DNA of 50,874 nt from Bacteroidia bacterium (GTDB lineage: Bacteria; Bacteroidota; Bacteroidia; AKYH767-A; OLB10), in NCBI GenBank assembly GCA_044448905.1, contig JBIOHJ010000003.1:1-50874 (forward strand), read 5' to 3'. The notes under the pieces were generated by a model that had not been told where the DNA came from, did no database searches, and worked only from the letters and a program-made list of their open reading frames with translations. Position numbers and translations under genes: made by a program. Below, one piece after another: positions 1-9,435 of the stretch. The first letter of the stretch is position 1, and each line of letters begins with the position of its first letter.

Positions 1-834
1 ACCCGCAACCGAATCAACCGGAAGATGCAGCTGCACACTCATTTGTTTTGCTTTTTCAATAATTGTTTTTGCTAAAACCAATTTATCTTCTTCGCACAAT
101 GACGAGCCAATGCTGCCGCCCATTGCCTTAAAAAATGTATACGCCATTCCTCCGCCAATAATAAGGTGGTCAACTTTTTTCATCAGCTGTTCAATAATTA
201 AAATTTTATCCGACACTTTCGCTCCGCCCATAATGGCGGTAAAAGGCTTTTCGGCATGCTGCATTATTTTCTCCGCGTTTTTTATTTCATCAGCCATCAC
301 ATATCCAAACATTTTTGCATTGGGGAAAAATTTTGCAATCACAGCCGTGCTTGCATGAGCGCGGTGCGCAGTACCGAATGCGTCATTCACATATACATCA
401 CCATGTTTCGATAATTTTTCTGCAAATGTTTCATCCCCTTTTTCTTCTCCTTTATAAAAGCGAAGATTTTCCAGCAACAAAACTTCACCTGGCTTCAGCG
501 AAGATGAAATTTGAAACGCTTTATCGCTGATGCAATCATCAGCAAACTTTAACTCAACATTCAAAAGCTTTGAAATTTTTTTAACCGCATGCTTCAGCGA
601 ATGTTTTTCATAATCCACCGAACCATCTTCCTTTAATTTCTTCAACGGTCTTCCAAGATGGCTCATCAGCACAACGCTTCCTCCATCTTTTAAAATTTTA
701 TTTATAGTAGGAACGGCAGCCCTTATGCGTGTATCATCCGTTACCGCAAAAGTTTTTTTATCCAGCGGAACATTAAAATCAACTCTCACCAATGCCCGTT
801 TGCCCGAAAAATTAAAATCATCAACTGTTTTCAT
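1..834 (-). CDS. pgk: Phosphoglycerate kinase, N-terminal part (runs off the window start)
   Basis: Not in the ORF track; manual translation from ATG at 834: [24 protein letters not shown]...DDTRIRAA...MSHLGRP...LLENLRF...[13 protein letters not shown]...GGAKVSDKI. Confidence 0.97.
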   Translation of the reverse strand, partial: MKTVDDFNFSGKRALVRVDFNVPLDKKTFAVTDDTRIRAAVPTINKILKDGGSVVLMSHLGRPLKKLKEDGSVDYEKHSLKHAVKKISKLLNVELKFADDCISDKAFQISSSLKPGEVLLLENLRFYKGEEKGDETFAEKLSKHGDVYVNDAFGTAHRAHASTAVIAKFFPNAKMFGYVMADEIKNAEKIMQHAEKPFTAIMGGAKVSDKILIIEQLMKKVDHLIIGGGMAYTFFKAMGGSIGSSLCEEDKLVLAKTIIEKAKQMSVQLHLPVDSVAG

Positions 835-893
835 ATTGGAATCAATTATTATATAGCAGCAAATATAAAAGTTCATAGCGCCTCATTGGTAAC

Positions 894-921
894 AAACTTT
901 AAACTTTAAACCTTAAACCTT
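894..921. repeat. Tandem 7-mer array (AAACTTT)2(AAACCTT)2
   Basis: Four 7-bp units read directly, just upstream of the holB -7 element. Confidence 0.8.
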
Positions 922-924
922 TTC

Positions 925-932
925 TATTTTTG
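925..932 (+). promoter_or_regulatory. Bacteroidota -7 promoter element TATTTTTG for holB
   Basis: Matches TAnnTTTG; 4 nt (CTCC) before the ATG at 937. Confidence 0.6.
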
Positions 933-936
933 CTCC

Positions 937-2082
937 ATGTTATTTTCCTCCATCATTGGTCAGCAAACGGTTAAGCAGCGCTTAATACAGGCAGTGCAGG
1001 ATAACCGCATTGCGCATGCTCAATTATTTTTTGGTGCCGAAGGGAGTGGAAGCCTTGCGTTGGCAATTGCTTTTGCTCAATATCTTTCGTGTGAAGACAG
1101 GAATGAAAATGACAGTTGCGGAAAATGTTCCTCCTGCGTCAAATACAACAAGCTCATCCATCCCGACCTTCACTTCTCATATCCGACTGCCCCGGTTAAA
1201 GACCGAAAAGCAAAGAGCGCTGAGTATGCAGGCGAATGGCGCGAAGCGGTGCTGGAAAACCCTTACCTGAGCTTACAGGATTGGTATGAGTTTATTGGTA
1301 TTGAGAACAAGCAGGGGTATATGTCGGTTGAAGAGAGCGGTGAAATTATCCGCCACCTGACTCTCAAATCGTACGAATCTAAATACAGGGTGATGATTAT
1401 ATGGATGGCAGAAAAGATGAGAACGGATGCATCCAACAAATTGCTCAAGATAATTGAAGAACCTCCCGACAATACAATTTTTATCCTGGTCACCGAAAAT
1501 TACGAACAGATTATCCAAACCATATTATCGCGCACACAGCTTGTTAAGGTGAACCGTGTTTCAGATAAAGAGTTAAGCGATGCGATAAAAGAAAAATTCA
1601 GCCTAAGCAATCAGGAAGCGCAGCGTATTGTTCATCTTGCTGATGGAAATTACAATGCTGCACAATCTCTTGCTAAGCAGGAATCGGGCAGCATCGAAAT
1701 AGAGAAAGAATTTATTGACTGGATGCGCATGTGCGTTCTGCTGAACAAACCCGATAAGCAAAGAGAATATTTTAAAATGCTCAATGATTGGATTGATGTG
1801 ATGGCAAAGGCGGGAAGAGAACGGCAGAAAAACTTTCTTCATTACGGGTTGGAAATTGCACGCGAATGCCTGATGACAAATTATGCAGATGCGTCATTGG
1901 TTCGCATAAACGATGAAGTCATTCCAACCTTCAGCCGTTTTGTAAAATTTATAAACTATCAGAACGCTGATTTATTTACCGAAGAGCTCAACAAAGCCAG
2001 CTTTCATATTGAACGCAATGCCAACCCACGCATTTTATTCTTAGATTTGTCGTTTAAAATGAACAGGATTTTGCAGGGCTGA
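937..2082 (+). CDS. holB: DNA polymerase III delta' subunit
   Basis: RIAHAQLFFG, CGKCSSC Zn motif, HPDLHF, SNKLLKIIEEPP, TILSR. Confidence 0.93.
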   Translation: MLFSSIIGQQTVKQRLIQAVQDNRIAHAQLFFGAEGSGSLALAIAFAQYLSCEDRNENDSCGKCSSCVKYNKLIHPDLHFSYPTAPVKDRKAKSAEYAGEWREAVLENPYLSLQDWYEFIGIENKQGYMSVEESGEIIRHLTLKSYESKYRVMIIWMAEKMRTDASNKLLKIIEEPPDNTIFILVTENYEQIIQTILSRTQLVKVNRVSDKELSDAIKEKFSLSNQEAQRIVHLADGNYNAAQSLAKQESGSIEIEKEFIDWMRMCVLLNKPDKQREYFKMLNDWIDVMAKAGRERQKNFLHYGLEIARECLMTNYADASLVRINDEVIPTFSRFVKFINYQNADLFTEELNKASFHIERNANPRILFLDLSFKMNRILQG

Positions 2083-2095
2083 TTAATTTTTTTAA

Positions 2096-2123
2096 AATCG
2101 TACATCGTACATCCCGAATCTTA
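2096..2123. repeat. Degenerate tandem 7-mer array AATCGTA CATCGTA CATCCCG AATCTTA
   Basis: Four 7-bp units in the holB-ricT spacer. Confidence 0.6.
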
Positions 2124-2133
2124 CAACAATAAT

Positions 2134-3258
2134 ATGAGTTGCACAAGCTGCGGAACCGGAAGCTGTAATAAATTAAATGTATTTGATTGGCTCTCGGATA
2201 TGGAATTGCCACCGGGTCAAAAGCCGTACAACATTGTTGAAGTGCGTTTTAAGGGAAGCCGCAAAGAATTTTTCCGGAATACCGAGTACCTCGAATTAAA
2301 AACAGGCGATATTATAGCTGTAGAGGCTTCACCCGGTCACGATATCGGAACGGTTTCTATGACCGGAGAACTGGTCAAATTACAATTGAAGAAAAAAGGG
2401 ATTACTGAAGCGTCAGAGGAAATAAAAAATGTTTACCGGATAGCCCGCTTTGCCGACCTCGAAAAATATGAAGTGGTAAAAGCGCTTGAAGTGAAAACCA
2501 TGTATCGCGCACGCGAATTTGCATCTTTCCTCCGATTGAAAATGAAATTAAGCGATGTGGAGTACCAGGGTGATGGCAAAAAAGCAACCTTTTTTTATAC
2601 TGCAGAAGAACGTGTTGATTTCAGGGAACTTATAAAAAAGCTTGCCGAGGAATTTAAAATACGCGTTGAAATGCGCCAGATTGGCTTACGGCAGGAGGCA
2701 GGACGTCTTGGCGGAATCGGTTCGTGCGGACGTGAGTTATGCTGTTCAACCTGGTTAACCGATTTTAAAACGGTTTCTACAAGCACAGCACGTTATCAGA
2801 ACCTTTCCTTAAACGCTGCAAAGCTGGCAGGGCAATGCGGAAAACTAAAATGCTGCCTTAATTATGAATTGGACAGTTATATGGATGCATTAAAAGACAT
2901 TCCGGATTCTGATATTAAGCTTGAAACCGCGAAAGGAACAGCCCTCCATCAGAAAACAGATATTTTCAAACGCATAATGTGGTATGCATATCTTAATCCC
3001 GAGGGGCATTCAATTAATTCCGATACCTGGATTGCATTGCCGGTTGATCGCGTAAAAGAAATTGTTGAGCTTAATAAAAAATCCATCAAGCCCGAAGAAT
3101 TAAAAACCGGAAATTTTGAAATTGAAGTTGCAGAACCTGATTATTCAGATGTAGTCGGGCAGGACAGCCTCACGCGTATGGACAGGCGAAAAAAGAAGAA
3201 AAAGAAAAAACACCATCGTCATCAGCAAAACAGGCAACCGGGTAAACCAGGTAATTAA
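2134..3258 (+). CDS. ricT: PSP1/YaaT-family regulatory Fe-S complex subunit
   Basis: FFYTAEERVDFRELIK, GGIGSCGRELCCSTW, KLAGQCGKLKCCLNYE; position between holB and gldH. Confidence 0.9.
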   Translation: MSCTSCGTGSCNKLNVFDWLSDMELPPGQKPYNIVEVRFKGSRKEFFRNTEYLELKTGDIIAVEASPGHDIGTVSMTGELVKLQLKKKGITEASEEIKNVYRIARFADLEKYEVVKALEVKTMYRAREFASFLRLKMKLSDVEYQGDGKKATFFYTAEERVDFRELIKKLAEEFKIRVEMRQIGLRQEAGRLGGIGSCGRELCCSTWLTDFKTVSTSTARYQNLSLNAAKLAGQCGKLKCCLNYELDSYMDALKDIPDSDIKLETAKGTALHQKTDIFKRIMWYAYLNPEGHSINSDTWIALPVDRVKEIVELNKKSIKPEELKTGNFEIEVAEPDYSDVVGQDSLTRMDRRKKKKKKKHHRHQQNRQPGKPGN

Positions 3259-3270
3259 GAACTACACCCA

Positions 3271-3768
3271 ATGTTCCGTATTAACACAATAACGGTAGCT
3301 TTTATATTTTTCTCGGGCATTTTAGTTTTGATTACCTCCTGCGACCCTTCGCGTGTGTTTGAAGAAAATAAAAAGCTTGATGACAATAATTGGGACAAGG
3401 ATAATGCACTTACTTTTTTAGTAAATATTGCCGATACCATTCATAATCACAATGTGTACATTAATGTGCGCAATGCGGGATTTTTTAATTTCAGCAACCT
3501 GTATCTTTTTATTAATACCCGTTTTCCGAATGGACAAATTGAACGGGATACACTGGAATGTATTCTTGCTTCACCCGATGGGCAATGGCTTGGCGATGGC
3601 TCAGGTGATATTTGGGACAACCGGATTTTGTTCAAAGAGAATGTTCGGTTTCCTATATCGGGGGAATACCGTTTTGAATTAATCCAGGCTATGCGCATTA
3701 ATCCCTTGCCGGGAATTATGGATGCCGGTATCCGTATTGAAAAGGCTGAAAAAAATCTGAAGAAATAA
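3271..3768 (+). CDS. gldH: Gliding motility lipoprotein GldH
   Basis: Lipobox ITSC; FSNLYLF, DTLECILA..DGQWLGDG.G, YRFELIQAMR..PLPGI.D.GIRIEK. Confidence 0.93.
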   Translation: MFRINTITVAFIFFSGILVLITSCDPSRVFEENKKLDDNNWDKDNALTFLVNIADTIHNHNVYINVRNAGFFNFSNLYLFINTRFPNGQIERDTLECILASPDGQWLGDGSGDIWDNRILFKENVRFPISGEYRFELIQAMRINPLPGIMDAGIRIEKAEKNLKK

Positions 3769-3776
3769 TAAAAGAT

Positions 3777-3830
3777 AGCCACAGATTCACAGATTATTTT
3801 TTTTAGATTTTAATCTGTGAATCTGTGGCT
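3777..3830. repeat. Perfect 20-bp inverted repeat built from CACAGATT octamers; possible bidirectional terminator
   Basis: AGCCACAGATTCACAGATTA - 14 nt - TAATCTGTGAATCTGTGGCT between convergent genes. Confidence 0.9.
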
Positions 3831-4459
3831 TAGATTATTTTTCTCAATTCAGCATAACATCCTCTCAGAAAATAAATAAACCAGCTTACAATTCCGAAGA
3901 GCTTTACAGCATCTTCCAAAAACGAATCTTCGGGTATGGGCATAGGCAGTAAATCAACAACCGTTGAGATTCCGATAAGCGCGAACGCAAGAGCAAGAAG
4001 CAGGTATTCTGTTTTTAAAATTGTTGAACGGAAAACAAATAAGTAGAGAAGTAAAATATTTCCATAAATAACATATACCCCTTTTTCTGGAATGCCAATG
4101 TAATCGGGAAGGGCGCTTTCATGTAACAGGAATAAATCATCCAGCATCAGAAGTGAAGTTACAAGCCCCGAATAAAAAAGAAATGCCCGAATTGTCCCCG
4201 TTGCATTTGCCTTTGGAATTATTCCCCTGGTAAAAAAACAAATTGCTGCACTTGCACACCACAACAGAATTCCAATGTTCGAAAAAAAGCCGGTGTAAAA
4301 AGGCGCATCCATAATTGCAGTGGGGTCCTGTGTAAAATGATCAAGCTCCACATCATATTCTGTTCCCAACAATAGCACTCCCGAAAGTAATGCAGTAGTG
4401 GCTGAAAAAACAATGATAAGTATTGGAGAGATATTTTTTAACTGTTCCTTTAATGTCAT
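3830..4459 (-). CDS. Hypothetical multi-pass membrane protein
   Basis: About 6 hydrophobic segments, LMLDDLFLLHE and LEDAVKLFG motifs; start placed at ATG 4459 (MTLKEQ) rather than the ORF-track TTG. Confidence 0.75.
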   Translation of the reverse strand: MTLKEQLKNISPILIIVFSATTALLSGVLLLGTEYDVELDHFTQDPTAIMDAPFYTGFFSNIGILLWCASAAICFFTRGIIPKANATGTIRAFLFYSGLVTSLLMLDDLFLLHESALPDYIGIPEKGVYVIYGNILLLYLFVFRSTILKTEYLLLALAFALIGISTVVDLLPMPIPEDSFLEDAVKLFGIVSWFIYFLRGCYAELRKII

Positions 4460-4648
4460 TTTATGATGGCCGAAGTTTAAATATAATGAGGCGAAAGTAA
4501 CAGGTAATTTATTTACTACAACAAATGTTGATAAAATGGTTTCAATAAAGCAATTTGTTAATAATCCTATTTGCATGGATTTCTTACAAAATCGTCTGAA
4601 CTCATATTGCAACTACTCTTTACGGAAAAGCGTAATAGGTAAGACTTT

Positions 4649-5779
4649 ATGATGAAGAAAATTTACACCGAACAATCTGATTTTTTAATATCCGATGCAA
4701 CCCGCAAGGAAATAGACTATAAGCTGAAGGAAGAAAAACTTATCTATAAGATTAAAGAAGAGCTGTACTGCCAAAACGGGTACCGTATTTTCTTTGATCA
4801 TTATGAAGAAGAATCCACGCATGTATTTATTGAAGAATATGCAAAGCGCAAAGCCTATTATATTTTAAACGGGCAGCGGATTTTGAGTGAAGAGGAAAGA
4901 GGGCAACTTTATTTCAACAATCTTGCAGGGTATTTTATCTGGCAGATTCAGCAAAAAAAACTATTCGACCTGCAGTGCTTATGGAGAGCCGGCAAAACTG
5001 AGCTGAAGAAAATTTCGGTAACCAAAGATTTTCTGCTCCTCGAAACACAAATAAAAGACTGCAAACTTGTAGATGAAATCACTGAAGCCGATTTGGAATT
5101 ATTTACAGAGTATATTTTATCGGGCGATTATTCCGAAATCAATCATGCCGGCAGCTGGCAGAATTTCGAACGGATAAAAGCCGGTGATAAGATGCTGTTT
5201 TCGACCATTCCCTCATGGTATGAGTTTTATGATAAGGCAAACGGAACAAACGGTTTGCTTTCATTGCCCGATGAAAAGGGAGAGAAGGAAAAATTTTATC
5301 TCGGTTTGTTAAAGCAAAACCAGGCAAATCATGATGAGAAAAAAGAAACGGAAGAACAGCCGTCATTAAAATTCAATTACAAGACGCTCGATTTTTTCAT
5401 AAACACTTTTGAAGATAAACAACTGTTAAAATATTTTTACGCTGCCGAAAAAAATCATCCCGAGTTGAATGCAAATGATGAACTGAACGAAGCGCTTTAT
5501 CTGTTACAATTGTCGGAAAAAATAATTCCTGTGCAAAAAAATAAAAACTGGAAAGAAGCAGTGATTAATGCAGCGCTTCAATTTAAGAAAAAGAAAATAG
5601 CCGAAGCATTGATACAGGTTTTTGATGAATACAAAATGCGCCTGAAAGCCGGCATTCCTTTTCAAACCGAAACCGATTTGCTGCGCCAGCAAATTGCAAA
5701 GGCGAAAGCGGATAGGTATAAGGAGCAGATTTTAAAAGCCCGCAAGTTGAACGGTGAATCGGCCGATTTTAATTTTTAA
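4649..5779 (+). CDS. Hypothetical cytoplasmic protein (376 aa)
   Basis: Long ORF; aromatic-rich core IQQKKLFDLQCLWRA...PSWYEFYD...LPDEKGEKEKFY; no recognisable domain. Confidence 0.8.
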   Translation: MMKKIYTEQSDFLISDATRKEIDYKLKEEKLIYKIKEELYCQNGYRIFFDHYEEESTHVFIEEYAKRKAYYILNGQRILSEEERGQLYFNNLAGYFIWQIQQKKLFDLQCLWRAGKTELKKISVTKDFLLLETQIKDCKLVDEITEADLELFTEYILSGDYSEINHAGSWQNFERIKAGDKMLFSTIPSWYEFYDKANGTNGLLSLPDEKGEKEKFYLGLLKQNQANHDEKKETEEQPSLKFNYKTLDFFINTFEDKQLLKYFYAAEKNHPELNANDELNEALYLLQLSEKIIPVQKNKNWKEAVINAALQFKKKKIAEALIQVFDEYKMRLKAGIPFQTETDLLRQQIAKAKADRYKEQILKARKLNGESADFNF

Positions 5780-5853
5780 CGGTTACTTCTTGTTTATTTT
5801 TTGCGATTTTCTTTTTGCTTACTTGTCTACGCAAACCAGTAAGTTGTTAACAC

Positions 5854-5912
5854 TAACCAGCCACTCGTTGCCCTTAACGAGAAAGCAGGTGTAAATCCCG
5901 TACCAATGGTTA
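5854..5912 (+). ncRNA. Candidate structured small RNA (three-way junction with a T-loop-like arm)
   Basis: TAACCA/TGGTTA closing stem; CTCGTT/AACGAG hairpin; GCAGG-TGTAAAT-CCCGT arm followed by ACCA; lies between convergent genes. Strand inferred from the T-loop-like arm. Confidence 0.55.
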
Positions 5913-5947
5913 AACTATTGCTTATAAAATAATTATGCTAATGTTTT

Positions 5948-8209
5948 TCAAAACTTCGCCCTCGCTTGTACCACAAAACTTCGCTGTTGCTGTAAATCGG
6001 CAGGGCGACCCATATATTCGTGGTTAGCTACATTTTTTACGATAAAGCCAATATCATAATGCTTTAAAAATGTATAAAAAATACGTGTATCAAAAGCCCA
6101 GTCGCCATCTGGGTGTGTTTCGCGATAATGTTTTACACCGTCAATTGCATAATTAAAAACATTATCAATATTTTCCATAAAGCTGTTGTACCGTACACTG
6201 GTACCAAAAATAACATGATTAAAAAAAGTAACTTCAATATCGCCTTTAAATTGCTGGCGGTAACGGTATTTTAAAACGTTAGTGGTATCGCTGTTTAGTT
6301 GTTTATTGATTTTATCAAAATCGCGATAAGTAGGATAAATGGAAGTATGCCCGGCTAAAATAGTAACGGGAAATTTCCACAAAGTTCCTTTTCCTGTTAA
6401 CGTAAAATCAAATCCCTGTATGCGGGTATTTCCAATATTTAATGAAGCAAACCCAATTCCGATTGCAGGCGGTACCCCGTACACACCAAAAGTAAATTCC
6501 ATCATATCCTCATACTCCTGCCAGAATCCGGCAATGTCAAGCGAGGCATTCCATTCGCTTATTTTAAAACCCTGGTTAATGCCAAATTCAGCAGTCCATC
6601 CTTTTTCGGGTTGCAGAGTATCGTTGGAAAAAATATTAATATCACCAACATTGGTTGTTATAAATTTTTCGGCAATAGAAGGAAAACGGTAACCCTCACC
6701 GTAAGAAGTGCGGAGATGAGTATTCTCAAATAAAGCATAATTAATTCCCGAACGGAAAACCGGGATGAATTGGGTTTTCACAGTATCAATGCGGTTTTGT
6801 TCCCAGCGAGCACCGAATGAAAAAATCCATTTGTTAAATTTATTATCAATTTGTGTATAGAAAGCAATGTTGTTGGCAAAATGATCGCCATATAATTCGC
6901 TCTTAACATCCGAATACATATCGGAAGTTCCAAAAGTCCAGGTCAGGTTTTCGCTGAATCTTTTCTGAAAAAGGTATTCACCATAATAAAGCGTTCCAAA
7001 GGATTGCTGGTTGGTATTATTATTATTATCGGTTTTAAAATAACGGGTTCGTATTTTATGAGTTTCGCCATTTTTATTTGCGTAGGTGATAAAAGGATCC
7101 ACATTAAATCGCACAGTGGTGTATTCGCTGAGCGTAGTAGTTGCAGTATCTAATCCGCCTTGCGGAATTAATGCACCTGTACTATCATCCTCCCATATAA
7201 AAAACAGCACCCCGTTAGTATGCATGTAATTAGCATTAACACCTGCCGATAATCCTTCGAGGTTTTTGTCAAAACTGTAACGTGTATTTGCGTTAACCCT
7301 GAAATGCTCTTCGTGTTCCCCCTGCTTGTAGCCCTCGTCTTTAAAATAATTTCCGGCTGCCACCAAATCAAACCTGCCGAATTTCTGGCTATGGCTTGCA
7401 CTCATTCCCTGTGTCATTTGCACGGTATCCCCACTCCAATCATACAATTCATTTTCGGGCGAATCGTAAACACCACCAAACAAAGTAATCTTTGTTTCGG
7501 GTTTTGATTTCGGGTAAGCTGTACGTATGTTAATGACTCCATTCATGGCCGATGAACCAAATAAAGCAGAAGATGCACCTTTCAGCACTTCAATTTGCTC
7601 GAGATTTTCGGTGGGAAGAAAACTCCATTTCACATCATTTGCATCGGCAGTAAGCATAGGCAAATCATCAACAAGCATTAAAACCCGGCTTCCGGCTCCA
7701 TAACTAAAACCGCTTCCTCCCCGGATATTCGCCTGCCCGTCAATAACGGTTACACCGGGTACTTGGTTAATGGCATCGTCCATCGAAGTGGTATTTGTGT
7801 TTTCTACAAATGAGGGAGAAAGCACAGTCATTGATACGGTAACCTCTTCTATTTTCTGTTCGAACTTTCCCGCACTAACTACCACGGTTCCCAATTCAGT
7901 TGATGATGGGATTAAATCAATATTAATAATTTTTGCTTCAGAAGGTTTTAATAAAATACTTCTTGTTGTGGTTTTATAGCCAATAAAACGAAATGCCAAG
8001 GCATGATCTCCCGATGTTGTATTAAGCATATATTTTCCCGAAGAGTCTGTTACCACTCCCGAAGTATCATCAACTATAACATTAACACCCGGCATTTTTT
8101 CTTTGGTTGTAGCATCGCGCACCAAGCCTATAATTACGCAATCCTGCGCTTGCATAACCAAACAATAAAAAACGAGTAAAAACAATAAAAAGAGTTTTTT
8201 GAAGTTCAT
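5948..8209 (-). CDS. TonB-dependent outer membrane receptor
   Basis: Signal peptide, N-terminal carboxypeptidase-like domain, VVVSAG, plug motif IEVLKGASSALFGSSAMNGVINI, C-terminal F; start placed at ATG 8209 (MNFKK). Confidence 0.92.
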   Translation of the reverse strand: MNFKKLFLLFLLVFYCLVMQAQDCVIIGLVRDATTKEKMPGVNVIVDDTSGVVTDSSGKYMLNTTSGDHALAFRFIGYKTTTRSILLKPSEAKIINIDLIPSSTELGTVVVSAGKFEQKIEEVTVSMTVLSPSFVENTNTTSMDDAINQVPGVTVIDGQANIRGGSGFSYGAGSRVLMLVDDLPMLTADANDVKWSFLPTENLEQIEVLKGASSALFGSSAMNGVINIRTAYPKSKPETKITLFGGVYDSPENELYDWSGDTVQMTQGMSASHSQKFGRFDLVAAGNYFKDEGYKQGEHEEHFRVNANTRYSFDKNLEGLSAGVNANYMHTNGVLFFIWEDDSTGALIPQGGLDTATTTLSEYTTVRFNVDPFITYANKNGETHKIRTRYFKTDNNNNTNQQSFGTLYYGEYLFQKRFSENLTWTFGTSDMYSDVKSELYGDHFANNIAFYTQIDNKFNKWIFSFGARWEQNRIDTVKTQFIPVFRSGINYALFENTHLRTSYGEGYRFPSIAEKFITTNVGDINIFSNDTLQPEKGWTAEFGINQGFKISEWNASLDIAGFWQEYEDMMEFTFGVYGVPPAIGIGFASLNIGNTRIQGFDFTLTGKGTLWKFPVTILAGHTSIYPTYRDFDKINKQLNSDTTNVLKYRYRQQFKGDIEVTFFNHVIFGTSVRYNSFMENIDNVFNYAIDGVKHYRETHPDGDWAFDTRIFYTFLKHYDIGFIVKNVANHEYMGRPADLQQQRSFVVQARAKF

Positions 8210-8287
8210 AGGTTTTTGGTTTATTTTGCCTGCAATATACAAACACATCACAAATTACAAACTACTATTTTTTTGAAGAATAAACTT

Positions 8288-9400
8288 ATGAATTCTTCAG
8301 GTGAAGATTTAAAATTAAAAATTGCGTTGACACTTATACCGGGTGTAGGGAATGTTATTGCAAAAACTTTAGTCAGCTATTGCGGAAGTGTTGAAGGCAT
8401 TTTTAAGGAAAAGAAAAAAATGCTGGAAAAAATCCCTGACATCGGCCATAAAACGGCCGAAGCAATAGTTGATTATAAGACATTTGATAAAGCGGAAAGT
8501 GAAATTGAGTTTATTGAGAAATTTAAAATCATTCCTTTATTTTATCTCGACAAAAATTATCCGCAGCGGTTAAAAAATTGTTCCGACAGCCCTGTTCTTT
8601 TATTTTATAAAGGCAGCATGGATCTGAACAAAGAAAAATTTGTTGCCATAGTGGGCACGCGTAATGCAACTGCTTACGGAAAAGAAATAACTCAAAAATT
8701 AGTTGAGGATTTGAAAAAAACAAATGCAACTATCGTGAGCGGGCTTGCTTACGGGATTGACATTTGTGCGCATAAGGCGGCACTAAAAAATGATCTGGAC
8801 ACAATCGGAGTGCTTGGTCATGGGCTGGATATTATTTATCCGCAGTTGCATCGTAATGTAGCATTAAAGATGATGGAACAAGGAGGCTTGCTCACCGAAT
8901 TTCTTTCTGAAACAAAGCCCGACAAAGAAAACTTTCCGGCACGCAACCGTATCATTGCGGGAATTTCAGATGCAGTAATTGTGGTTGAAGCAGCGAAAAA
9001 AGGCGGGGCATTAATTACAGCAGAAATTGCCAACTCGTATAACCGTGATGTTTTTGCCGTACCGGGCAGAGTAAACGATACTTTTTCGGAGGGCTGCAAT
9101 CACCTTGTCAAAATTAACAAAGCAGTATTGATTGAGTCGGCAAAAGATATTGAATACATAATGGGATGGGAGGAAAAGAAATCAAAAAAAGAAAAACAAA
9201 ACCAGCGCAGCCTGTTCATTGAGTTAAATCCTGAAGAAAAATCATTAATTGAATTATTGAACAAATCCGGTGCACTTAATATTGATTCAATTTGCAGCAA
9301 CGCATCTTTCCCGGTGAGCAAAGTTTCAGCAACATTATTAAACCTTGAATTTAAAGGAGTGTTAAAATCATTGCCCGGGAAGATGTACGAACTAATTTGA
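8288..9400 (+). CDS. dprA: DNA-processing protein DprA
   Basis: AIVGTR, IVSGLAYGID, FPARNRIIAG, GGALITA, VFAVPGR, C-terminal winged helix; start placed at ATG 8288. Confidence 0.96.
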   Translation: MNSSGEDLKLKIALTLIPGVGNVIAKTLVSYCGSVEGIFKEKKKMLEKIPDIGHKTAEAIVDYKTFDKAESEIEFIEKFKIIPLFYLDKNYPQRLKNCSDSPVLLFYKGSMDLNKEKFVAIVGTRNATAYGKEITQKLVEDLKKTNATIVSGLAYGIDICAHKAALKNDLDTIGVLGHGLDIIYPQLHRNVALKMMEQGGLLTEFLSETKPDKENFPARNRIIAGISDAVIVVEAAKKGGALITAEIANSYNRDVFAVPGRVNDTFSEGCNHLVKINKAVLIESAKDIEYIMGWEEKKSKKEKQNQRSLFIELNPEEKSLIELLNKSGALNIDSICSNASFPVSKVSATLLNLEFKGVLKSLPGKMYELI

Positions 9401-9435
9401 TTTTTAAAATAATGATTAATTTTATAAAAAATACA

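Noticed and set aside
110-530. Plus-strand ORFs of 82 and 71 aa
   Set aside because: Antisense shadows of pgk; the same applies to the many 60-190 aa ORFs nested opposite or within long genes, e.g. 46099-46671.
5882-5910. Resemblance to the 5' part of an FMN riboswitch, or to a tRNA
   Set aside because: The remaining FMN stems are absent and no gene lies downstream on that strand; no D-arm or anticodon arm for a true tRNA.
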